Source: the human T2T-CHM13v2.0 reference genome, Homo sapiens. Taken from it: a stretch of DNA of 64,000 nucleotides. Position 1 is the stretch's first letter. Every line of letters begins with the position of its first letter. Below are positions 52,131 through 64,000 of the stretch, in pieces. The translations under genes were made by a program, and so were the position numbers. The notes beneath the pieces are model-generated. The model did not search any database. It saw only the letters and a program-made list of their open reading frames with translations, and had not been told where the DNA came from. The stretch lies in NCBI RefSeq assembly GCF_009914755.1, contig NC_060937.1. One strand, given 5' to 3'.

Positions 52131-54495
52131 TGATATGGTATGGTTGTGTCCCCATCCAAAATCTCATCTGGAATTGTAGTTCCCATAATCCCCACATGTC
52201 ATGAGGGACCCGGTGGGAGGTAATTGAATCACAGGGGCGGTTACCCTCGTGCTGTTCTTGTGATAGTGAGCGAGTTCTCACGAGATCTGATTGTTTTATA
52301 AGGGGTGTTTCTCCCTTTGCCAGGCACTTCTCTCTCCTGCAGCCATGAGAAGGACATGTTTACTTTCCCTTCTGCCATAATTGTGAGTTTCCTGAGGCCC
52401 CCACAGCCCTGCAAAACTGTGAGTCAATTAAACCTTTTTGTTTCTTTTTTAATTACCCAGTCTCAGGTATTTATTCATAGCGGCATGAGAACAGACTAAT
52501 ACAGTAAATTGGTACCAGGATAGTATGGCTCTGCTGTAAAGATACTCAAAAATGTGGAAGCAGCTTTGGAATTGAGTAACAGGCAGAGGTTGGAACAGTT
52601 TGGAGGGCTCAGAAGAACACAGGAAAATGTAGGAAAGTTTGGAACTTCTTAGAGACTTGGAAAGCTCAGAAGACGGGAAAATGTGAAAAAGTATGGAATT
52701 TCCTAGAGACTTGGAGGGCTCAGAAGACAGGTATGTGGTAAAGTTTGGAATTTCCTAGAGATTTGTTGAATGGCTTTGACCAAAAGGCTGATAATGATAT
52801 GGAAAATGAATTCCAGACTGAGGTGGTCTCAGATGGAGATGAGAAACTTGTTGGGAACTGGAGTAAAAGTCAGTCTTGCTATGCTTTAGCAAAGAGACTG
52901 GTGGCTTTTTGTCCCTGCCTTAGAGATCTGTGGAACTTTGAATGTGAGAGAGATGATTTGGGTTATGTGGTTGAAGAAATTTCTAAGCAGCAAAGCATTT
53001 AAGGGGAAGCAAAGCATAAAAGTTTGGAAAATTTGCAGTCTGGCCATGTGGTAGAAAGGAAAGACACCTTTTCTGGGGAGAAATTCAAGCCTGCTACAGA
53101 AATTTGCATAGGTAATGAGGAGCCAAATGCTCATCACTCAGACAGTGGGGAAAATGTCTCCAGGGCATGTCAGAGTTCTTCACAGCAGCCCCTCCCATTG
53201 AAGGCCCAGAGGCCCAGGAGGGAAAAATGGTTTCCTGGGCTGGGTCTAGGTCCCCCTGCTGTGTGCAGATGGACTTGGTGCCCTGCATCCAACCTGCTCC
53301 AGCTGTGGCTAAAAGGGGCCAAAGTACAGCTCTGGCCACTGCAATGGAGGGTGAAAGCCCAATCCCTGGCAGCTTCCTCATGGTGTTGGTCCTGTGGTTG
53401 CACAGGAGGCAAGAATTGACGTTTGGGAACCTCTACCTGTATCTGAGAGGATGTAAGGAAATGCTTGGATGTCCAGGCAGAAGTCTGCTGCATGGGCAGA
53501 GCCTTCATAGAGAACCTCTGCAAGAGCAGTGCAGAAGGGAAATGTTGGGTTGAAGCCCCCACACAGAGTCCCCACTGGGCACTGCTAGTGGAGCTGTGAG
53601 AAGCGGGCCACCATCCTTCAGACCCCAGAATGGTAGATCCACTGACAGCTTGCACCATGCAACTGGAAAAGCTGCAGACACTCAACACCAGCCTGTGAAA
53701 GCAGCCAGAAGGGTGGCTGTACCCCATAAAGCCTCAGGGGTGGAGCTGCCCAAGAACCTGGGAGACCACCTCTTGCATCACTGTGACCTGGATATGAGAC
53801 ATGGAGTCAAAAGAGATCATTTTGAATCTTTAAGGCTTAATGACTGCCCTATTGGGTTTTAGAGTTGCATGGGGCCTGCAGCCCCTTCGTTTTGGACAAT
53901 TTCTACCAACTGGTATGGGTGTATTTACCCAATGTCTGTACCTCCATTGTATCTAGGAAATAACTAACTTGCTTTTCAATTTACAGGCTCTTAGGTGGAA
54001 GGGACTTGCCTTGTCTGAGGTGAGACTTTGGACTTGGACTTTTGAGTTAATGCTGGAATGAATTAAGACTTTCAGGGACTGTTGGAAAGTCATGGTTGTG
54101 TTTTGGAATGTGAGGACATGAGATTTGGGAGGGGCCAAGGGCAGAATGATATGGTTTGGCTGTGTCCCACCCAAAATCTCATCTTGAATTGTAGTTCTCA
54201 TAATCCCCATATGTCATGGGAGGGACCCAGTGGGAGGTAATTAAATCATGGGGAACACCCTCATGCTGTTCTCATGATAGGGAGTGAGTTCTCTTGAGAG
54301 CTGATGGTTTTTATAAAGGGGATTTCCCCATTTGCTTGATACTTCTCTCTCCTGCTGCCATGTGAAGAAGGACATGTTTGCTTTACCTTCTGCCTTGATT
54401 GTGAGTTTCCTGAGGTCTCCCCAGTCCTTTGGGACTGTACCTCATTTAAACCTCCTTTCTTTATAAATTCCCCAGTATCAGGGTCTTTTTCTTAA
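52131..54495 (+). mobile_element. THE1D-like MaLR element (LTR 52131-52503, internal 52504-54146, 3' LTR from 54147 lacking its last ~25 bp)
   Basis: Both LTRs start TGATATGGT; the 5' LTR ends GACTAATACA; internal starts 'gtaaattggtacca'. Confidence 0.92.
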
Positions 54496-54496
54496 T

Positions 54497-54859
54497 AACC
54501 TGGGAGCCATCTTTTTGAAATGTCATGATCAAGGAAGATAGCACCCCATCTCTCAATTTCTGTGGAAGTGTAGGAGCCTAACTTCAGTAGGCACTTTAAA
54601 TTGTAAAACTACCTTCTGTCATTAAGAAAAATACAAGAAAGTTTACATTTTATTCGGGTAAGATCAATTAGAAAATGCCGATGGCCTAAGATCCTTCCCA
54701 CTTCAGCCTTTAAAGTATCTACAGCCATTTTTTTGTTTGTTTGTTTGTTAGCAGAGATGTGAGTTCTGGCCCCTCCTACCCATTACAACAGACTTAAATA
54801 AAGACTTTCTTAACCTGTCTAACTTTGTCTGTTGGAATTTTGGAACTTTTACTTTGACA
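54497..54859 (+). mobile_element. MER67-like LTR, 3' half
   Basis: 'acctgggagccatctttttgaaatg...gtaggagcctaacttc...aaataaagac...tactttgaca'; homologous to the reverse complement of 30340-30440. Confidence 0.65.
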
Positions 54860-57799
54860 AAACACAGGATATTTACAGGCTTCATGTATCTCCCTATCAC
54901 CATTATTTTAATTCACAAATGGAAAATATCAACTTTACAATAGAGAAACTGAAGGAGTCCCATGGTTGTGATCTATTTTACAATGGAGATTCTTGCCCAC
55001 AGAATGACACAGGGAGTTAGAGAAAAGAGAGATTCAGACTAAGTAGATAATAAAGCTAATGTGAGAAAATGTTAAACCTCAATGAAATGAATAAATGATA
55101 TCTCGGAATTAGATGTGTCATTTTTGTTAATTTTTGAAAATTTTAATGTATTTTAGAAAATAAAGTAATTAGTACAACAAAAATAGCAACAAAGCAAATG
55201 TTAGGCATTGAGTACTTCTTTCCACTGCCTTACTTACCAGAGGCTGTTTCCAACAAACTGAGGAATAAAGACAAGAGTATGTCAGATTTGTATCAGTATT
55301 ACCTTTATTACCAATAAAGATAATATTGAAACATGTAGCTTATGTCATTAGTTAAGTGGAATTATTTAATACATTCAGATTAAATGTTGAATTTGTGGTC
55401 ATTTGAACTATCACTCTTCCTTTTTTGAAGGTCAATATTCCATCAAGATGGGCCTAATTTAACCTTCATAAAGCCAATTTACAGTAACAACCCTGACTTC
55501 TTGCATATTCCTGAGATCACTGGGCACTAGTGGATATTTTGATACCAGAAGACTCTCAAAAGAATCAGAGTAGTATATTAATTAATGCTTAGGTTACTTT
55601 GTATGTGAGGTTGAAATTAATTTTTTATTCTATTCTTCATCTTAAATTGTATGCAGCTTCATTGTTGAATAAAGTCATTGGAACTTTAAAAATGAAAGGA
55701 AATGGCACAGAATCTGAACTAATATAATTTTATCCCATTATCAAATTCTCACAGAGAAATAAAGTTAAAATAAAATCCAAAATATCTGATTGGTCTTAAA
55801 ATCTAAAACCAGTGTTTCAACAAAAAAAGTTAAACATTTATTCCTTCCAATTTCTTATTTCCCAGTATTAGGGAGAAGGGTGCTTAATTCCTGGGTAGAG
55901 TTGGCATTCCTCAAGCAATTGCCATGTGAAGTGCCTCTGGTTAGAATGAGTGTAACTTCTTAGTTTGTTTAGGACATAAGATGTTTTATGCATTCAAAGT
56001 TTTTTATTTGCCTCATTTTTTATAAGGTAGAAAATATTTAATAGGGCAGGCAAAATCATTTCAGCAATGGACTGAATACCCACAACATTTAATAAACACT
56101 CCATTTTAGGCCTATATTGCACATACTCTAAAACAAATTGTTTCTAGAACCCAGTATTTGCTGTTGCTTACATATAAGTGTGATTCAGTAGTATGTGAGT
56201 ATGTAAAATCTACATTCTTGGCTTTAGACTTGTCAGTATACAGTCTGTTGATTGGGTGCCAGTTGTTCAGAATTTGTAGCCTGAAAACATAAAGCAAACC
56301 CAGTCATATGATCCAATTTAAGCCTTTATAAGCCACCAACATCACAGCTTCCCAATAATATACTCAGGTTCAAGACTGAGCCACATGAAAAACCTCAACC
56401 ACTCCATTTGTATTTTATTCTATAAATTTTACTTTCTTTGCCTATTTCTTGAGGCAGACAGATCAATGCAACAAATTTTGAGTGTTCAAAGAGCTAAATA
56501 AATATCATCCTATTTTTTCTATCTGAGTGTCCATCCAGTTGAAAATATAATGACATATAATAAAGTTGTAAGGATAAAAATATTACCTTTATTATGAACA
56601 AAGTTAGTATGGAAAATATGGCTTTATCTGTATAAGAAAGTCGTTTACATTAGATTTCATGCTCTCAATGGTCAGCAACGTCTTAAGGGAAAGAGAAAGA
56701 GCAAGGCACCATGCCTAGTTTCTCCTTCCAAAATCATTAGTCAGGCAGTTTTCCTTCTCACTCCAACCTCCATCCCTAGGAAAAGAGCAAGTAAGAGACA
56801 AAGAAAACATAAATGTTTTATTAATAAAGGTCTCTCCATACTACACTGCTGGGCATAAACATTAGGACTTGGATGCAAATATTACCCCTTCAACAGACAT
56901 TGCAAAATGTTACATTTCCAGTAAACCACATGGAAACAATGGGAAGATCACTAGAAGTTGAATATTGAGGGGTGGGGGTAAAGGGGATACAGCAGAACAC
57001 CTGTCGCTAAACACAATCTTATAAATCTCTGGCTTGCTAACACTTTCTACTTCTATTTCCCTTAGGTAGAGTCAAAAGAAAGTATTAATTAGTGCATTTA
57101 ACCTAACATAAACAGCATCATGACCTTGTACGTGATACGTATTCCTGCTGACAAGAATGCTCACCAGAGACTTTGTAAGCAAATTCTTGTTTGTTTTCCT
57201 GTTTCTCTGGATTTCTCTTATATGAGCTTATTAGTAAATGGTAAGACTTTTTAACAAAGTGGGATTTCATTATTTATTTTGAAAATTTTTGACATGCATG
57301 AGTAATTTAATTTTGCAATACAATTTTATAGCCGACTAATACTTTTTGTCTAGCCTGATCTCAATTGTTTGTTATAATAGATGTCACACACTAACTTATC
57401 TAGCCAAGTACTTTCTAACAGGTACAAAATACACATTTTATATGGAACTTTTTTTTTATTTTTAGAGATCAACTTTTAAAACATTAGGGTGATACTAGAA
57501 TACAGCTTATATTCCTTTTTAAATTTACTGGTTCAGTCATTCATATATAAATGAATTCTAAGTTCAGTATTAACTTATAAAGCAACATTTTATTTTTAGT
57601 TTATTTCCCTAGTGTTGCTCTGGAAGTACAATTTGGGTAAGTTAAGTTCTAATCTGAAGTCTGACAATAACTTGATTTACAAATATAGACAAATTGCGTA
57701 ATTTCTGTAAGCTTCATTTTTTTTCAAACTACAATAATTTCTCAGCCCATTTCCATTCCAGTTCCACCGGAACATGTTGTTAATAGGCAGGTTGTTTCA

Positions 57800-57990
57800 G
57801 CTGGAAGGCACTGGGATTGAAAGCAATGCATCTCTTTTGAGAGTCATACACTCAGGGCAAATTCAGTAACACTCTCTTGATATTCAGTTTTATTATTTTC
57901 AAACTAATATTGTCAATGATATCATCTGTTTCAAAGAATCAAAGGGAAGATCAAATAAAATAAGATTACATAAAATTATTTTGTATCTGT
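57800..57990 (+). mobile_element. MIR-like fragment
   Basis: 'gggcaaattc...ctcttgatattcagttttattattttcaaa...aagatcaaataaaataa'. Confidence 0.4.
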
Positions 57991-59474
57991 AGAGTATTAT
58001 TAAATTGTAAAGAATTCTCTAATTCCAAAAAATATCTTTCATGCTTCAAAGGTAGTGTTTAATGTATGCTATTATATGGTTTTATGACTGATACATTTGT
58101 TTTAGCTATAATTTGTATTTTATTTAATCAGAAGCCTTTATAGTACCTATTCTGTAACTAATATTGATGCTATTAATATATATTTACAAGTCATGATGTT
58201 CTCACCTTTGTTTCTGATAGAATAGTCTTTGTTCTACTAAGGCTGTTCTCTGCCACCTTGGTCATCTTTGAGCCATACTTTTGGAACTTATTAAAGAGTA
58301 CCATGGCTTTTTGTGTGTGGATAAACAGATAATAGAGCAAGTAAAGATACTATATTTTTGACATGGAACTAAATAATAATTCCTTTTCTGTTTCTAACAC
58401 TCATTCTAATGGTGAAATGCTTAAATCTGACAACTTATAGTCCTCATATTGCTGATGAAAAGCACATCAATCATCATCTTAGTGGCATTTAGTAGTCACA
58501 TAGGCCAGATGTCCATCAGCTTCTGGACATTTTCCAATCCAAAGTAAAATATGAATATGGGTTATTGGCATCTACTGTATGCCTGAGTTGTTAATAGGCA
58601 TCAGTATCAAGCCTTTCTAAATGATTACCAATATTTACTGGCAGGAGGAGGAGCAGTGTGTCACTTTTTATAGTTGGTCATTTTTCCAATCTGATTTCTT
58701 GATATCTGTATTCTCAGAAAGCAAGTTATTCTCTGGGTTTCTTGGATCTGGACTGAGAAAAGTAAAGTCTACCAAAAATGATCCTCAATACTCAATCATA
58801 CTCTTATCCTTTAATCAGACTCTTAATAACTTTATGTATAAAGTGTTTCACTCTTTATAGCATTTTTGGTTAGGGCTTTTCTCTTGAACTGATTCTGTAA
58901 GATTCTCTGCCCTACATTCTCAGAATTTATACATACAGAGGACTTCAACATTTTCATCCATTAATGTAATAAAAATGTATACTCCCTTGAGATAAAAACA
59001 AAAGAATGAGAAAGTAAAGTATAATAATTCCCCAAAGATACTTATTGCTGTACATTGACATTTGTGACCTCAAATGTGAACTTAAATGTAGGACTTTTTT
59101 TTTTAAAGCCATTATTAAATAGAGAGCATTGGAGTAAACACTTCTTAGAATTAAGAATATTTGGATGTAGTTAGGAATACACATGCCCCATTTAGTGTCA
59201 AAAATAGATTAAAAATATGTATTTATCCTTCATTTCTCTGGTTAACTCTTAAAGGTTCCACATGTTCTCTAAGCAAGACAGTGTACAAAGCAGTATTTAT
59301 CTGAAAAAGACAGGAGTGAGACATAGATCTTGTCTTTATCACACTTACAGTCCAGTGCAGTTGGTACAGCAATTACGGGGAGGTAGGGGCAATATAAAAT
59401 TGAAAGGGAAAATAAAAAAATAATGAAACCACTAGGGAATTCACAAAAGAGAGGTAATTTAAAAGTCATTTTAG

Positions 59475-59562
59475 TATAGCAAACCCTCATGACACACAAT
59501 TACGTATGTAACAAATCTGCACATCCTAAGCATGTACCCCTGAACTTAAATGTTTTTAAAAA
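59475..59562 (+). mobile_element. Short L1PA (older subfamily) 3' terminus
   Basis: 'caaaccctcatgacacacaattacgtatgtaacaaatctgcacatcct...catgtacccctgaacttaaa'. Confidence 0.8.
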
Positions 59563-60009
59563 TGTTACTTTAACTTGACACGGTAGTATGATATGCCACA
59601 TTTCTTAAATTTCATGATTTGATTTTGCAAAATTCTGGTAAGGAGCTAACTCCAAAATAATATTGTGAGTCTAGAAGAGAACCATGGTATACCAGTGCTC
59701 TTGTCCACATTATTTTCTTCCTTTGTCTTGCTGAAATTTATAATAATGCATCCCGTTTTTTAACTCTAGATCCACAGTTACAATGATTAATATTGGGGCC
59801 CCTGCGTCTTTCATAAAAAGGTCCTTTCTTGACCAACTACTGTTGTTACTATTCAAAGAACTCCCCAGTCTCTCCCAGGTTCCAGGTCACACAGGAAGTT
59901 TGTGTTTCCATTTCACTGAAGCCAATTGAATCAGATTGGAGTTGTATTGTCAGTGCCGAAAAACTGTGTTAATTATACACCCATGAACTTAATTCAAATA
60001 ATAACTACT

Positions 60010-60135
60010 TAAGGCATCAGATATTCTCAACCCATTTTACATATAAGAAAATTAAGATTCCTAGCTTGTAATGTGATAAAATAATGCAGCCAATATGTCA
60101 CAGGTCTAGGACTAAATCTAGTTCTGAACTTCCTG
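60010..60135 (-). mobile_element. MIR fragment
   Basis: 'cccattttacatataagaaaattaagatt'. Confidence 0.5.
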
Positions 60136-60634
60136 CTATGTTTCCAGCAAAAAAATCACAAATGTAAATCTTTTAATGACTTTTTCGTTTTTAAATATTT
60201 AAGACTAAGTGTCCTTTTGTAACTTCCATTTAACTTAAAAATATGTGAAATCATGCAGCAGGCACCTTAATAATCCCTTTTGCATCCCGTACCCCTCCAT
60301 GCAGTTGGCAGAATTTATTAAAATAAAGCCATCATGTCATTTCCCAGATCAAATATATTTTATGTATCTTCATATTCAGAATGAAAACACTAAATAAACT
60401 TCTTCACTTGAAAAACAAGGATCTTCTCAACTAGCCTTCTTCTTTTGTTTTTCTTGCACTGCTCACAAGTATTCAAGCCCATCCCTAACTACTTACTGTT
60501 CCTCAAAATTGCCGTTCTCTTTCCTACTAAGGAATTATGAATTCAGCACATCCAAGCAAAATGAAGTGCTGAGAAGATATTTGAACAACTCTGGTTTGTT
60601 TGTTTGCTTGTTTGTTATAGAAAACAGACATTTA

Positions 60635-60940
<306 letters not shown>

Positions 60941-62429
60941 CCCTAATACAATATTCAGTGAAAAAAAAAAAAAAAAAGGAAAAAGGAAAATTTGGTAGGC
61001 TTAATTGCCTAGAAATAGAAATATAACTTTTGATTTATGTCAACTTTTTCCTTGGTTATATTTTATTCTTTCTGTTCCTCATTATTAAATGTATTTCAGT
61101 GAGTTGTGTCAAGGAAATAAGGTTGAAGCTGTAAAGAACATAACTGAGCTATGACACTTAGAAGGAACCTTATAAATTTTAATAGATGACCTTTCCAAAA
61201 GTTGTCAATAGCAAAAGCTTTAGGCGATAAATGTAGTGATTTCATTTTATATCTACCTACACACACACGTATGGTTAAAATTTACAATTATACATAAGGA
61301 AGAAAAGTAAAAATATATTAATATTTCTAAACACTGATACTAAAGAGAGTTTATTTAAAGCATTGCTCTTATTTAAATTTTAAAAAGTTTTATAAGCAAT
61401 ACTATTTTTTCAATATGTTTAATATACAACTCAAAGGTATAGGATGTGCATAAATGTACACATGTAGAGAAAAAAAAATGTATCCTAAATAATGTGGTTG
61501 TCAGAATGCTCAAGGCCTGCTTTTCAAATGATGTATAATATCACAAAGCAAGGGGGAAATCCTGTCAGTTTAGCTATGGAGATCAAACATGCTAATGAGT
61601 ACATATTCTGGCATAAATGAGGTTAGAAATATACTGTGTCAAAGAGATTGATCTCCATAATAGTTAATGAATCTGAAATGAAGAATAGAAGATACAGTGT
61701 AGTAGATCCGATTTTATTGCTTGAAATTATATTTGCCCTTGGCAAAGCAGCTTGTTTATTGGTGCTCATTATAGCTGATACAGTACAGTAAACCACTTTC
61801 ATCTAAAAATAAAGGTTATCAAATATCATAACATAATACAGGCAGGAGACATTTTCACAACATTTCAGCATGCTTTTATTGTTGACTATAATACAGCAAT
61901 ACATGTAGTGTAAGTATTAGCATTACAATTATATTACCAACATCTTACCTGTAGTTTTAGTGTCAGAAGAAATTATATTTAGTCAAGCTTGGATAATGGT
62001 ACAACTAAGAGCAGTATTGAAAAATCAAAACTGAATGCATGGCAAACATTTGAAAACACGTAGGAACGATTTATTATTCATATTGAATACAATTATTTCA
62101 TATTATCAATGGAAAGAAAACACAAAAAAACATGACTCACTAAAGACTTCTATTGTTTTAACCTCAATTTACTGGGAATCCTCTTAGCTTAAAGAAGCAG
62201 ACAGGGGTGTGGGACTGCTGTATAAAGCTATCATGTTCCCTACAAATTTTATGGTTTAAAATGTATTGGATTTTCTTTCATGCAGAGGTTTTTCAAAGGC
62301 AATAATTTTATTATACAAGTTATATTGAAGCCATACCTAAGCAAAGTTTGAAAACTTGAAATAATCTTAAAATGAATTGGCTTGCTATTAGGAATCTTTA
62401 ATTACATGTCTTTTTAAAAGTAAGTAGTT

Positions 62430-62957
<528 letters not shown>

Positions 62958-63015
62958 GTCAGTAGAGGCTGTTAATTTAATTGAGGAAGGTAGTCATATT
63001 ACAAACCGTGACTAC

Positions 63016-63059
63016 CCAACAGTATAAAAATGTATGCTCCAACAGTATAAAAATGTATG
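63016..63059. repeat. Tandem duplication, 21-bp unit x2 (period 23)
   Basis: ccaacagtataaaaatgtatg at 63016-63036 and 63039-63059. Confidence 0.95.
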
Positions 63060-64000
63060 AATAAACAATTAAAGGGAAAACAAGAATATCTTGAAAAAAA
63101 TCATGAAGTGATAAGTGTCGAATGAATGAATATAAGCTTTTGATTTCAAAACTAAGCTTATGGAATTTTCTAAAGCTTTAGAAATTTTCGTATAGGTTAT
63201 TGAGACTCTTTGATTCATTTTGTCGTCACATACTTATGAAGAAAAAATGTGCTTCATTAGCGCCCCTTATAGAGTATTTCTTATTGTTCTGCTAAAATAC
63301 CTATAAGAACAAAGAAAAAGATGTAACTAAAAGTAAGGGGTTTTCAAATAAATAAATAAATGACACCTAACATTTTAAAATATTGTGAAACTTCCACTGA
63401 CTAAATTAATGATTTAAGTATGAAGAGAAACATATAGACATGAACCAGAAATGCTTAGTCATGGGTGACATTAATGTTTAATCAATCTGTAATTCGTTCT
63501 TTTCATATATATCTATTTCAGAGGCTCCATAGGTTGGATCTGTTAAACAAGAAGCTAATTTATGATATCACAAATCCAATATTTAAATTACCATGTTGTC
63601 CATGGATTCTGAGTGTCAGAGAATAATTAGGGAAAGTATATCTTTAGCAAACATTATTGTTGATTTAATTCTTGCTATACAGTGTTAATTGGGCTGGGTG
63701 AAGGCAATTTGAACATTTCTCATTTAGGAGGTGAGAGTAACGGTATAATTTCAGAAATTCAGATTGTTTAGCAAAAGTCAACTGAATAGAGTTTTCGTTG
63801 TTTAAGAATGATTAAGGTTATCAAAAGATGTCATTAAAGAAGAAAAATGCTGTGGAAGAGAGAACAAAGTTTTCATCATGCTTAAGATGAAGGAGGCTTA
63901 TTTGTGAAACATAATATTTCTTTCACAAGTTTCAAAATAAAATTTCAGAAACGTGGCTAATATATTCAATAACATGCAAGAAGAGCATGGTGTTTGTATC

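Noticed and set aside
52600-52762. Repeat array resembling CRISPR
   Set aside because: No unique spacers, no cas genes, and it lies within a primate MaLR internal region
52745-53862. Overlapping ORFs in THE1 internal regions (also 33194-34538 and 46139-47331)
   Set aside because: Fragments of the decayed MaLR internal ORF or its antisense; frameshifted, not host genes

Overview
This is AT-rich, CpG-poor, non-coding primate DNA, almost certainly human: it carries an AluYa5 with all five diagnostic positions. I see no protein-coding gene, CpG island, RNA gene, CRISPR array or microbial system. The ORF track consists of Alu, L1 and MaLR-derived frames plus chance ORFs. Roughly half of the window is recognisable interspersed repeat: 12 Alus; fragments of L1, L2 and MIR; three two-LTR MaLR elements (two THE1, one MST); a truncated MER4-group provirus; and a dense cluster of solo ERV1/ERVL LTRs at about 21.5-36.7 kb. 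The most notable structures are: (1) an internal, tail-less L1 ORF1/ORF2 fragment bracketed by an 18-bp direct repeat (37785-38987); (2) a perfect 51-bp-arm inverted repeat centred on a (TA)n tract (49285-49412); (3) a diverged local ~200-bp duplication with a conserved core and exon-like boundaries (7110-7312 and 8800-9022), inside a TAATCY-rich unique region; (4) a young AluYa5; (5) a chimeric LTR; and (6) an AluY with a double poly(A) tail. Repeat subfamily names come from recalled consensus sequences and need RepeatMasker/Dfam confirmation.
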